Origin: Nanobdellota archaeon
GTDB lineage: Archaea > Nanobdellota > Nanobdellia > UBA10117 > ARS21
Length of the DNA: 64,000 nt
Assembly (NCBI GenBank): GCA_014239585.1
Contig: JAAZYP010000001.1
Coordinates: forward strand, 177,955-241,954
Direction: 5' to 3'
Below the pieces are notes generated by a model. The model worked only from the letters and a program-made list of their open reading frames with translations, did not search any database and was not told where the DNA came from. This document shows positions 19,329 through 28,909 of this stretch, piece by piece. Numbering within the stretch: the stretch's first letter is position 1; each line of letters begins with the position of its first letter. Position numbers and translations under genes: made by a program.

Positions 19329-20738
19329 TTAGTAACTTTTTCCGAAATAATGTCTATACGTTGCTGGCTTTCCATTAACGATACATTTTCCAGTTTTTAC
19401 AAATTCACCATTTAAACTTTTAGCGCCAGTTTTCTTTTTAATTTCGTCTTCAACTTTGGATGATCCGCACCAATATGCTCTTGCAATTTTTCCCTCTGAA
19501 ACTACTTTTTTCAGTTCAGAAAGACTTGAAACATTTACAATTGAATTTGTTAATTTTTTCTTAGCTCGATCATACATATTTGAATGAATTTCTTTAAGTA
19601 AAGATAAAATTGTCGTATCTAACTTTGAAATTTTAACAGTTATTTTAACACCTGTATCTCTTCGAACCAATACGACAGATTTATTTTGAACGTCTCTTGG
19701 TCCAATTTCGATTCTTAGTGGGATTCCTCTAACTTCCCAATCATTAAATTTCCTTCCGGCAGAATAACCTTTTCGATCATCCAATATTACACTATATTTA
19801 TTTAGTGACTTTTTCAATGCATTTGCTGCTTTCAAAACCGGTTCTTCCTTTCCTTTGAATAAAATTGGAACAATTACTACTTTGTTTGGGGCAATTCTAG
19901 GCGGTATAACTAAACCTTTATCATCGCCGTGTATTGCAAACATAACTCCTAAACTTCGAGTTGAAAATCCCCATGAATTCTGCCAACCGTAAACACGTTT
20001 TTCATTTTTATCTAAAAAATTAATTTTGAATGGTTTGGAAAAATTTTGACCTAAATGGTGAGCTGTGCAAGATTGAATTGCTTTTCCGTCAGGCATAATT
20101 GTTTCTAAACTAATCGAATAATCTGCACCTGCAAATCTTTCTTTTTCCGATTTTAATCCTTCAAATACGGGAATTGCCATTAATTTTTCATACGTATCTC
20201 TATAAATTTTAGACATTTTAGCGACTTCTCTATCTGCTTCTTCTTTCGTAGCAAAAACGGAGTGTCCTTCTTGCCATAAGAATTCTCGAGTTCTCAAAAA
20301 CGGAGTTGGATGCTTAAATTCCCATCGAACAACATTTACCCATTGATTTAAACGTAAAGGTAAATCTTTCCAAGAACGAATCCATTTTGAATATGCATCA
20401 TACATTATAGTTTCTGACGTGGGTCTAATTGCTAATCTTTCTTTTAATTTGGTTTTTCCTGCATGAGTTACCCATGCTACTTCTGGTGCAAAACCCGCTA
20501 CGTGTTTGGATTCCTTTTTCAATAATTTTTCAGGTATAAACATGGGAAAATATGCATTTTTAACTCCGTCTCGTTTGAAACGACTATCCAAATAATTTTG
20601 AATTGATTCCCACACAGAATAGCTATTTGGTTTCATAATCATTGTTCCTGAAACCGGACCATAATCAATCAAATCTGCTTTTTGTATTACTTCAGTATAC
20701 CATTCGGAGAAATTTGATTTCTTATTTTTCAAAGCCAT
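19329..20738 (-). CDS. proS: prolyl-tRNA synthetase (archaeal/eukaryotic type)
   Basis: IRPTSET, FLRTREFLWQEGH, QNSWGFSTR, terminal Y. Confidence 0.97.
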   Translation of the reverse strand: MALKNKKSNFSEWYTEVIQKADLIDYGPVSGTMIMKPNSYSVWESIQNYLDSRFKRDGVKNAYFPMFIPEKLLKKESKHVAGFAPEVAWVTHAGKTKLKERLAIRPTSETIMYDAYSKWIRSWKDLPLRLNQWVNVVRWEFKHPTPFLRTREFLWQEGHSVFATKEEADREVAKMSKIYRDTYEKLMAIPVFEGLKSEKERFAGADYSISLETIMPDGKAIQSCTAHHLGQNFSKPFKINFLDKNEKRVYGWQNSWGFSTRSLGVMFAIHGDDKGLVIPPRIAPNKVVIVPILFKGKEEPVLKAANALKKSLNKYSVILDDRKGYSAGRKFNDWEVRGIPLRIEIGPRDVQNKSVVLVRRDTGVKITVKISKLDTTILSLLKEIHSNMYDRAKKKLTNSIVNVSSLSELKKVVSEGKIARAYWCGSSKVEDEIKKKTGAKSLNGEFVKTGKCIVNGKPATYRHYFGKSY

Positions 20739-20789
20739 ATATACTAGTTCATACAGAATTTAATAAATACTGCGATTTCAATTCTAATA

Positions 20790-22007
20790 ATGAAGATAGC
20801 TGTAATCGGAGATACGCATTTTGGATTTGATCATTATGGTAAACGAAAAGATGATGCTTTTCGTAATGCTAAAGAAGCATTTGAATTGGCCTTGTCTGAA
20901 AAAGTTGATTTTATTATTCAAGTTGGAGATGTGTTTGATGAACGCCTTCCTAAGCCTGAGATAATAAGTCCCGTAATCAATTTAATGAAAAGTGTTAACA
21001 ATAGATTTGATAAAATTAAATTAGTTAGAAGAATATCTTCTCAAGGTGAAGAATTAATCACTAAAGATATTTCTCCGATTATTATGATATATGGTGATCA
21101 TGATCGGCGACCAAAAGAATATGTTAACCCTGTTCAAATTTTACATAATACGGATTTAATTTATTGTATGGAACGAGAAAGTATAATTTTGGAGAAGGAC
21201 GATGAACGAATTGCAATTCATGGATTTTCTAATGTTCCTCATCAATATGCTCGTGAAGTTTTGAATAATCATAAATTTGAACATATACCTAACATGAAAA
21301 ATCTATTTGTTGTGCATCAAAGTTTTCAAGAATTACTACCGAATCAGCCTCCTGAAATAATGAATTATTCTGATCTTTCTGAAAAATTTGATATTCATCT
21401 TCTGGGACATATTCATTGGAATCAAGAAAATAAACATCCTATATCAAATAAACCCATTTTATTGCCTGGATCAACAGTTCAAACACAAATGAAAAAAATT
21501 GAGAGCAAAGTTTCAAAGGGAATATATATTTTAGATATTGGCGAAAAAATTAAATACAAATTTTTAGAATTGAAAAAACCTCGAAAACTTTACTACGAAA
21601 CAATTAAAATAAATGGTGAAAAACCCTCTGAAATAAATACTCTAATTCAAGAGGTTGTGAAAAAAATTCTTGATTATCATAATCATGATCTAATTCCAAT
21701 GATTAGAATCGTGTTAAATGGTATTTTGCATGACGGATTTATTCCTTCAGATATATCCATGAAAAACTTATTGAAAAAATATGAGGATCGAGCAATAATA
21801 AATATTGGAAAATCTAAATTGATCTCCAAAAAATTAAATGAAAAATCTAAATTAATTCATGATCTTAAAACTAAGAAAATTTCAATTGAGGATCTGGGAT
21901 TAAAAATATTAGGTGAAAAATTAAATTTGAAAAAATTGGATAAATTGGAATCAATATTTTCTGCATTAAAGGATGGAGAATTGGCAAAGGCCGAAGAAAT
22001 ATTATGA
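20790..22007 (+). CDS. mre11: Mre11 nuclease
   Basis: GDTHFG, GDVFD, GDHD, HQ, GHIH, PGS; overlaps rad50. Confidence 0.92.
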   Translation: MKIAVIGDTHFGFDHYGKRKDDAFRNAKEAFELALSEKVDFIIQVGDVFDERLPKPEIISPVINLMKSVNNRFDKIKLVRRISSQGEELITKDISPIIMIYGDHDRRPKEYVNPVQILHNTDLIYCMERESIILEKDDERIAIHGFSNVPHQYAREVLNNHKFEHIPNMKNLFVVHQSFQELLPNQPPEIMNYSDLSEKFDIHLLGHIHWNQENKHPISNKPILLPGSTVQTQMKKIESKVSKGIYILDIGEKIKYKFLELKKPRKLYYETIKINGEKPSEINTLIQEVVKKILDYHNHDLIPMIRIVLNGILHDGFIPSDISMKNLLKKYEDRAIINIGKSKLISKKLNEKSKLIHDLKTKKISIEDLGLKILGEKLNLKKLDKLESIFSALKDGELAKAEEIL

Positions 22008-24286
22008 TTTCAAAGATAGAATTAAAAAATTGGAAAAAACACAGTGAATTAATTATTGATTTTAATAAAGGTTCCAATATAATTATTGGAAATATGGGTT
22101 CGGGAAAAACTTCAATTCTTCAAGCAATAACTTATTGTTTATTTGGAACATTTAGTGAATTGAAAAAACGAGATTTGAAAGTGAATGATTTAATAAAAAA
22201 GGGAGAAACTATTTCTGAAATAAAATTAACTCTTAAATCGAACAATGAAATATTTTTGATATCTCGGAAAGTTGAATATGATAAACTTAGTGAAGCAACA
22301 ATACGTGATGATAACTCCAAATTATTGGCAGGCCCTAGCCCGACAGCAGTCAATGATTATATTATTGATAAATTAAAAATAACTGAAGATATTTTTTTAA
22401 GAACAATTTATTCGGTTCAAAATGAAGCAGATATTCTTTTAAGAATTGGTCCTGCTGAACGAAAGAAACAGATTGATGAATTGATGAATTTAAATCAGTT
22501 TGAAATCGTAAGAAAAAATTGTGTATCACTTTCAAATAAATTAATTGAAAGAAAACGAGGTATGCTCTCAATTTTAAATCAGGAAAATATTGATTCATTA
22601 ATTGAATTGAAATCTAAATTATCCTTGGAGATTACTACTTTAAAATCTGAAAAAATAAAATTGAATAAAGAGTTACCTATTCTTGAATCTGATGAAATTA
22701 ATAAACGTAAAAATTTGGAAAACATCTCAATTATGAACTCACGTAAAAATCAACTAGTCGGCCGTCAGAAATTATTGAATGATAAGTTAAATGAAATAAA
22801 TTTGAAAATTGCAGGTCAAAATATATTTAAAACTGAATCTGAAATTAATAAGTTAATTAATTCATTGAAAATTAAGAATTCATCTCTTCGTGATGAAATA
22901 AAACAATTTAAATCTAGTAAAGAAAATTTTAATCAAGATTTAATTATTATTGAAAAGCAGCGCGGAATTGTTGAATCTACAACCGATTTAGTAACAAAAG
23001 AAATTTCATCACTAATGGAACTCAAACTTAGATTTAAAGATTTACAAATTCAAGATTTCAGAGATTTAGATTTAAAGATTAATTCTATTAAATCTGAAAT
23101 AAAATTAAAGGATGATTTAAATAGAGATAATAATGCCGAAATAAATAATATGCGTAAACAAATGAATCAATTAGAAGTTATATCTGATATATGTCCTTTA
23201 TGCCGTCATGAAATGTCTCAACATTCTAAAGATCAATTGTTATCTGAACGAAAACAGGAAATTGCAAAATTGTTAATGGAAAATAATGACATTTCAACCA
23301 AACTTCAATCTTTAACTCGTGAACAAAAAAACTTAACTAAATCTTATGATGAACAGCAAGAATATTTATCTAATGCGGAAAAAGAATCTGATTTAAATGA
23401 GCAAAGAGATAAATCAAATTCTGAATTTCAATCTCTAACCGATAACAGAAATACACTACTTAGAAAATTAGAGGAATCTAAAATTAAAATTGACAAATTA
23501 GATTCAGATATATCTGAACAAAGTGATGAAATTGAAAAACTAGTTGATTCTAAATCATTGATATCTTTAACAAATAATAAAACAAATTTGGAAGATGAAT
23601 TAGCTCAAATTAAAAATGAATTAAAAATTGCAATTTTAGAAAGTAAAAATTATGATTCTTTTCAAAAAGATTATGAATCTAGTTTGGACTTATTAAATAC
23701 TGTTCGCGCGAATCTAAAATCTTCCTCAGTTATTATACTTGAAAAAAGAAATCGTGAAAAAGAAATTTTTGAAAAAATCAATAATTTGAAAAAATATCAT
23801 AAATCAATTAAATTGCTTGACTTAAAGGTAGACTTTTTATCAAAATTAAAAAATGCATTAATTGATGCACAAGAAGTATTGAGAGACGAATTACTTTTAG
23901 CAGTAAATGAAGTTATGTCTTCCACTTGGATGCAAATATATCCTTATGATGTTTGGAGTGGTTTAAGAATTTCTACATTAAATAATGATTATACTATTCA
24001 ATTGAAAGAGGCCGATGGTGATTGGGTAAATGTTAGCGGTTTTGCTTCAGGCGGTGAACGAATGCTTGCAAGTTTAGCAGTTAAAATTTCATTTGCGCGA
24101 GTTCTCGCTCCAAATTTGAATATGTTAATTTTGGATGAACCCACACACAATCTTGATGAAATTGCAGTTAGAAATTTTATCGACGTATTAAATGAGAAAA
24201 TTTCAGAACATATAGATCAAATGTTTATCATTACTCATGATGAGCGTTTAGCAGAATCTGCAAGTAAAGTTATAAAACTAGTTTGA
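22004..24286 (+). CDS. rad50: Rad50 ATPase
   Basis: GNMGSGKT, coiled coil with CPLC hook, SGGE, LDEPT, ITHD. Confidence 0.95.
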   Translation: MISKIELKNWKKHSELIIDFNKGSNIIIGNMGSGKTSILQAITYCLFGTFSELKKRDLKVNDLIKKGETISEIKLTLKSNNEIFLISRKVEYDKLSEATIRDDNSKLLAGPSPTAVNDYIIDKLKITEDIFLRTIYSVQNEADILLRIGPAERKKQIDELMNLNQFEIVRKNCVSLSNKLIERKRGMLSILNQENIDSLIELKSKLSLEITTLKSEKIKLNKELPILESDEINKRKNLENISIMNSRKNQLVGRQKLLNDKLNEINLKIAGQNIFKTESEINKLINSLKIKNSSLRDEIKQFKSSKENFNQDLIIIEKQRGIVESTTDLVTKEISSLMELKLRFKDLQIQDFRDLDLKINSIKSEIKLKDDLNRDNNAEINNMRKQMNQLEVISDICPLCRHEMSQHSKDQLLSERKQEIAKLLMENNDISTKLQSLTREQKNLTKSYDEQQEYLSNAEKESDLNEQRDKSNSEFQSLTDNRNTLLRKLEESKIKIDKLDSDISEQSDEIEKLVDSKSLISLTNNKTNLEDELAQIKNELKIAILESKNYDSFQKDYESSLDLLNTVRANLKSSSVIILEKRNREKEIFEKINNLKKYHKSIKLLDLKVDFLSKLKNALIDAQEVLRDELLLAVNEVMSSTWMQIYPYDVWSGLRISTLNNDYTIQLKEADGDWVNVSGFASGGERMLASLAVKISFARVLAPNLNMLILDEPTHNLDEIAVRNFIDVLNEKISEHIDQMFIITHDERLAESASKVIKLV

Positions 24287-25336
24287 ATCTTTTAATTTGT
24301 ACAATGGAGTTTTTCCTCGATTTAACAAATTTGATGTTTCACGTTGAATATCTTGTAAACTCATTTGAATAAATGATTCTAAACTTTTATCTGTAACTAA
24401 TTCTTCTCTATTTTTTTTTGAAAAGCTATCAACTTTATCGCAAATTAATTTATTTATTGCAATTCTTTCAGCTATACTTTCAATTCCAACAGAGTTATAC
24501 TTAATATTTTCATTTAATTTTTCTTTTACAATATTACCGTCATTATCTGAGTACAAACTTCGTAAATGTTGCATAATTGGATTTGTAGATTTATCTTTTC
24601 CTTCAGATCTTAATTCTCTATAGAATGATTCATTGAAATTATGAAATTGTGTACTATTAATATTCTTTTCATCTGAAAAAATAAATACGTCAGTTAATTC
24701 ATCATTTGTTCTTTCAAGATTTGATGCATAAAGTAATAATCCTTCTTTATACCAAAACATATTATTTGAATCTGCAAATACGGTCATATCGTCTTGAGTA
24801 AAAGTTGTTAATCTTCCAGATCGATCTAATCCGTCATTCATATTAATTTCAAATTTCATACTGGCATATGGATATGCTTCGGTAATATGTTGATATCCTT
24901 CCCATTCCTCATCAAAAACATCCTTCTGATGAACTCCAGTAATTCTCCGTATATTTTTGAATATCGTATCTGCAAGTTTTGCGTTATCTATTTCTGTAAC
25001 CGTTCTTCCAATATTATCTCGGACATATGAAATAACTGCCATATTAGTATATAATTCGTGAGTATCATTTTCAGTCAAACTTACTGGACTAATTGGAGAA
25101 TTTGTTTCCCAATCCATCAAAATTCCGTCTAATAAATTAGTTCGCGCAGGATTATTTTGTTTAAGAGTTTCAGTTGATTCAACATTAATTGGATTATTTT
25201 GTCTAATTGGTAGAATTGGTCGATTTTTCCAATGAGCTTGGATTTCTTGATTTAATCTTTTTCTTTCAATTCCAGTTATTTTCTCAATCTCTTCGATACT
25301 GTATCTAAGATCTATATTATCATTATCTTCATTCAT
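24278..25336 (-). CDS. hypothetical protein
   Basis: 352 aa ORF, no motif recognised. Confidence 0.7.
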   Translation of the reverse strand: MNEDNDNIDLRYSIEEIEKITGIERKRLNQEIQAHWKNRPILPIRQNNPINVESTETLKQNNPARTNLLDGILMDWETNSPISPVSLTENDTHELYTNMAVISYVRDNIGRTVTEIDNAKLADTIFKNIRRITGVHQKDVFDEEWEGYQHITEAYPYASMKFEINMNDGLDRSGRLTTFTQDDMTVFADSNNMFWYKEGLLLYASNLERTNDELTDVFIFSDEKNINSTQFHNFNESFYRELRSEGKDKSTNPIMQHLRSLYSDNDGNIVKEKLNENIKYNSVGIESIAERIAINKLICDKVDSFSKKNREELVTDKSLESFIQMSLQDIQRETSNLLNRGKTPLYKLKDSN

Positions 25337-25374
25337 CGTGAATTTTTTGATATAATAAAGGTATAAAAAGGTTA

Positions 25375-25398
25375 GGAAAGGCGGAAATCCGCCTCTCC
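25375..25398 (-). terminator. GC-rich 3' hairpin
   Basis: Minus strand GGAGAGGCGG-ATTT-CCGCCTTTCC right after the stop codon. Confidence 0.6.
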
Positions 25399-25400
25399 CT

Positions 25401-25634
25401 TTATGAATTGGCTAGTAATTCTGAAACTTTCTTAAGTAAGTCTGAATCAGCAGGAAGAGCAATGTTCTTTCCTCTAGCGTATCTCTTCTCACCTTCTTCG
25501 GTGAAAAATCCTCTTGACAAGGATACGAATTCGTTTTCACCTTCATCTGAAACTGCAACTTTTCGTGCAACTTCGACAAAGTTATTTTTTCCGAATTTGA
25601 TATCTTCGGAACTCAGTGTTTTAAATTCTACCAT
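25401..25634 (-). CDS. small protein, possibly PC4/PUR-like nucleic-acid binding
   Basis: Beta-rich pattern FVSLSRGFFTEEGEKRY..KNIALP then helix; fold call is inference. Confidence 0.7.
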   Translation of the reverse strand: MVEFKTLSSEDIKFGKNNFVEVARKVAVSDEGENEFVSLSRGFFTEEGEKRYARGKNIALPADSDLLKKVSELLANS

Positions 25635-25700
25635 TTTTATCACGTGTATTAGGCAGTTGCCTAGCTTAATATCAACTTAACCGATTTATAAAACTTTTCT

Positions 25701-27164
25701 TTAGAAATCATCTGCAGATGCCAATGACGATTTTGATTCGTAAAAATCTGCGTATTCTTCAATATTTTTAGAATGGGTTTCAATACTTTCTCTTTTTCTG
25801 AATTTAAAGAAGAATGGATATTTTGCGGCTTCACCAATAACAAGTGCTTCTCCTACGCCTAAACTGGAAATCGATTCCAATTCTTCTGAACTAATTGCTT
25901 CTGCACTCTCTCGAATGTGGTTTAAATCTGACGGATTTGTAATTCGCATTATTATTTGAGTATTACATTGACTTAATGCAGTAGTTGATAATTTAACCGG
26001 TCTTTGAGAAATTAAACATAATGATGCATGAAATTTTCTTCCCTCTCTGGCTAAAGTTTCAATAATTCCTCTCGAAATGGCATTATCTTGCGCATCACCG
26101 CTAGGACAAAAATTATGTGCTTCTTCAATTATTTCAACATATGGCGAGATTTGTTCTTTTCGACGAAGGTTGAAGAGTTTTCTCGAAATAAGACTGACAA
26201 TTGTTTGTTTTTTCTTTAAATCTAGAATTTTAGATAAATCGAGAATTGTAAGTTCTCCTTGTTTAATCAATTCAGAGTCATTAGGATAATTTGATGTTGA
26301 AAAAATATTCATTCGATTAATCGAATTTAACCAACCGACTAATGCTTCTTTGACCATATCTTGTGTATCTGATTCTAAAACTGCTTCAATTAGATCGTCC
26401 ATCGAAAATGATTTTTTTATTTGTTTTAGTTTGTGTAAAACTTTTCCCAAATCTCTTACTTGTGCATGACTCATCATCGGCATTATCGCTCTAAACATTC
26501 CCGGAGATACATTTTCAGTTGAAAATTTCATATCTTTAGCATCTATTAATTTTACTTTAGATCCATATTTTGAATCTTTTTTGAATCCCGTATATTCTCC
26601 GTGGTTATCAATTAGGATTATACCAATTTTTCCGTTTCTTCGATTCAATAATTCTTCCAATATTACCGAACATCCGTATGATTTACCTGATCCGGACATT
26701 GCTAAAATTGCTAAATGTTTCTGGAACATAGAAGTTAAATTTAATTTTGATTTCAAATCATAATTTAATATTGTTCCTATGTCTAATCCCTCTTTATCAA
26801 TTCCTAAAAAATTACCTAATAATTTAGTATCGATATTTGATACTCCTTCGCCGGGAGAAGGTGGATAGGTAACGCGAATAAATGATTTATCAGTAAATGC
26901 TCCGAGACATTTGACTTTAGCAACAGTATATTCCCAATCTTTTGTTGGAAACGCGAGATCCATTTTATTTTTTGAAATTTCTTGAACTGCACCAATTGAT
27001 TCAAAATATTTGTTTGTTTTGAAAACGTTTGTAACTCTCCCTAAAATTAAACCGTTTTTGGAGTTTACTGTTACAAATTGATTCTTCTTTACGAGTTCAT
27101 TAACAACAAAGCTAAATTCAAAAACGGAAGGTCCTTGATCTGAAGCTATAACTTTGCCTAACAT
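25701..27164 (-). CDS. herA: HerA ATPase/helicase
   Basis: HAS barrel, HLAILAMSGSGKS, EEAHNF, REGRKF, SQRP. Confidence 0.93.
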   Translation of the reverse strand: MLGKVIASDQGPSVFEFSFVVNELVKKNQFVTVNSKNGLILGRVTNVFKTNKYFESIGAVQEISKNKMDLAFPTKDWEYTVAKVKCLGAFTDKSFIRVTYPPSPGEGVSNIDTKLLGNFLGIDKEGLDIGTILNYDLKSKLNLTSMFQKHLAILAMSGSGKSYGCSVILEELLNRRNGKIGIILIDNHGEYTGFKKDSKYGSKVKLIDAKDMKFSTENVSPGMFRAIMPMMSHAQVRDLGKVLHKLKQIKKSFSMDDLIEAVLESDTQDMVKEALVGWLNSINRMNIFSTSNYPNDSELIKQGELTILDLSKILDLKKKQTIVSLISRKLFNLRRKEQISPYVEIIEEAHNFCPSGDAQDNAISRGIIETLAREGRKFHASLCLISQRPVKLSTTALSQCNTQIIMRITNPSDLNHIRESAEAISSEELESISSLGVGEALVIGEAAKYPFFFKFRKRESIETHSKNIEEYADFYESKSSLASADDF

Positions 27165-27198
27165 AATAAAAAAATTGTTGTGTTTATTTTAAATAGAT

Positions 27199-27450
27199 TT
27201 ATTTCCTAAACTCTCGCTTAATCTCTTTGGCTACACGCTTATAATTTTTTTTATACACATATTTGAAAATTGATAGATTTAATAATATACCTACAAATAA
27301 AAATGCGATTCCGATTGGTGAGTATTTTTCTGAAAATAAAGTCACGATTCCAGATAATAGGAATATTCTACCTAACCAGCTCATTAAAAGTTGGATAAAT
27401 TTTGCGCCTTTATGAAGTTTTTTTACTTCTTTTACTACTTGTACGGGCAT
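27199..27450 (-). CDS. small membrane protein
   Basis: 83 aa, two TM segments. Confidence 0.6.
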   Translation of the reverse strand: MPVQVVKEVKKLHKGAKFIQLLMSWLGRIFLLSGIVTLFSEKYSPIGIAFLFVGILLNLSIFKYVYKKNYKRVAKEIKREFRK

Positions 27451-27477
27451 ATTTATGAAATTCAGTTAAAGTATTTA

Positions 27478-27615
27478 TTATTTTCCTGCAGCAACAGTTA
27501 ATAATTCTGCACTTTTTAGTAAGAATCCTTGTACAAATTCCTTTGTTGCATCTGTATTAAAATATAATCCTAAAAATATTATAAAAATTGCAAACCAAAA
27601 CATTTCGTGCTTCAT
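27478..27615 (-). CDS. small membrane protein (45 aa)
   Basis: Not in ORF track. MKHEMFWFAIFIIFLGLYFNTDATKEFVQGFLLKSAELLTVAAGK; TTTAAATA upstream. Confidence 0.6.
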   Translation of the reverse strand: MKHEMFWFAIFIIFLGLYFNTDATKEFVQGFLLKSAELLTVAAGK

Positions 27616-27647
27616 GTCATTAATGTTACTAAGAATTATTTAAACAT

Positions 27648-28607
27648 TTATATTGCTCTCTTATTTCTTCTTAATTCAAAAATTAATGGATTTATTCCGA
27701 GTTTATCTTTTATTGTATCATAAACTATTTTTAATTCTGAGTTGGTCAACTTTGATCGTGCATCAGCTTCAATTAAAACTGTTGGATAAGAATAATCTTG
27801 CGTTATTCGCGAGTAAGTATATATCATATTTGTAACATTTTCAACATCGTCTCCAAAAAAATCAATACGTAGCGGTGAATCATATTTACCGATTTTGAGA
27901 TAAGTTGTATTTACCTTCGCTGAAAATTTTCCTAATTCGGTCAAGGACGGTAAATCCAAATTATCTGAATATTTTTTTGGTTTAATGTATTCTCCTTCAG
28001 ATAACACATGATACAATACATTTGAATCATTCATAAAATCATTATCAATAAATCTTCTTCCGAAACTATCTTCTACTGCACCAATTAATTGAACATTATT
28101 GTTTGAACATTGATTATATAATTCTCTTATAGTTTTAGAAATTTCTAAAAATAAAGGATAATATTTTGAAGTTCTATCGGGAATACTTGAGGGATGGATT
28201 ACTATTGATCCATCTAATATTAGCACATCAGGATTAAATTTATTAATTGCTTTAATTGCAGTAGTTATTTCTAGTTCAACTCGTTTTAGATTAGAAAATA
28301 TTGAAAATTCTTCATGTTCTACTGTTTCAAAAATTATTTCAGGTTCAATATATTTTGCAGGTAAATATTTGGAATTTTTCAATATTAATCCCTCATATTC
28401 AAAACAAGTTGCAATTGCACGTCGGACAATTAATGCAGATGATGAAATTTGTTTAGATACAAATCCTCCGTCAACTCCACAAATTTTTATTTTCTTGTTT
28501 AATACTTTTGCTTTCAAAAACCTATTTTCTTTTCTAAATTTTTCAGAAAAGTTTTTGATACTGATACTATCTTTTTTTAATTTTGAAATTATTGGGTCGA
28601 TTTGCAT
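27648..28607 (-). CDS. nurA: NurA nuclease
   Basis: CGVDGG, LDGS, YPTVLIEADARSK; near herA. Confidence 0.9.
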   Translation of the reverse strand: MQIDPIISKLKKDSISIKNFSEKFRKENRFLKAKVLNKKIKICGVDGGFVSKQISSSALIVRRAIATCFEYEGLILKNSKYLPAKYIEPEIIFETVEHEEFSIFSNLKRVELEITTAIKAINKFNPDVLILDGSIVIHPSSIPDRTSKYYPLFLEISKTIRELYNQCSNNNVQLIGAVEDSFGRRFIDNDFMNDSNVLYHVLSEGEYIKPKKYSDNLDLPSLTELGKFSAKVNTTYLKIGKYDSPLRIDFFGDDVENVTNMIYTYSRITQDYSYPTVLIEADARSKLTNSELKIVYDTIKDKLGINPLIFELRRNKRAI

Positions 28608-28642
28608 AATTTACCCATTCATTTTGATTAAAAAGCATATAT

Positions 28643-28852
28643 TCAGTTGAACATAGCTTCAAAAATTCCTTGTGCCAATCCGATCATGCCTTTAGTTGTA
28701 TATACTGCTAAGTCTGAAAGTGGACCTACTGATGCCGTTGCTGCACCTGCTAATCCTTTTGTTTCAGTTGGGAAAAATAACAATCCCAAAATTATTACAA
28801 ACAAAATTATTACTAAATGTTCATGAATTTTATTCGTAAACCAAAACCACAT
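28643..28852 (-). CDS. small membrane protein
   Basis: 69 aa, N-terminal TM helix. Confidence 0.6.
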   Translation of the reverse strand: MWFWFTNKIHEHLVIILFVIILGLLFFPTETKGLAGAATASVGPLSDLAVYTTKGMIGLAQGIFEAMFN

Positions 28853-28909
28853 AAAATCAAATTGTTTTTAAATTATTTAACGCTTTTTATACTGATGAGG
28901 TAAACTAAA

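Noticed and set aside
25701..28607. HerA/NurA as an anti-phage defence system
   Set aside because: Linkage to mre11-rad50 indicates the housekeeping resection machinery.
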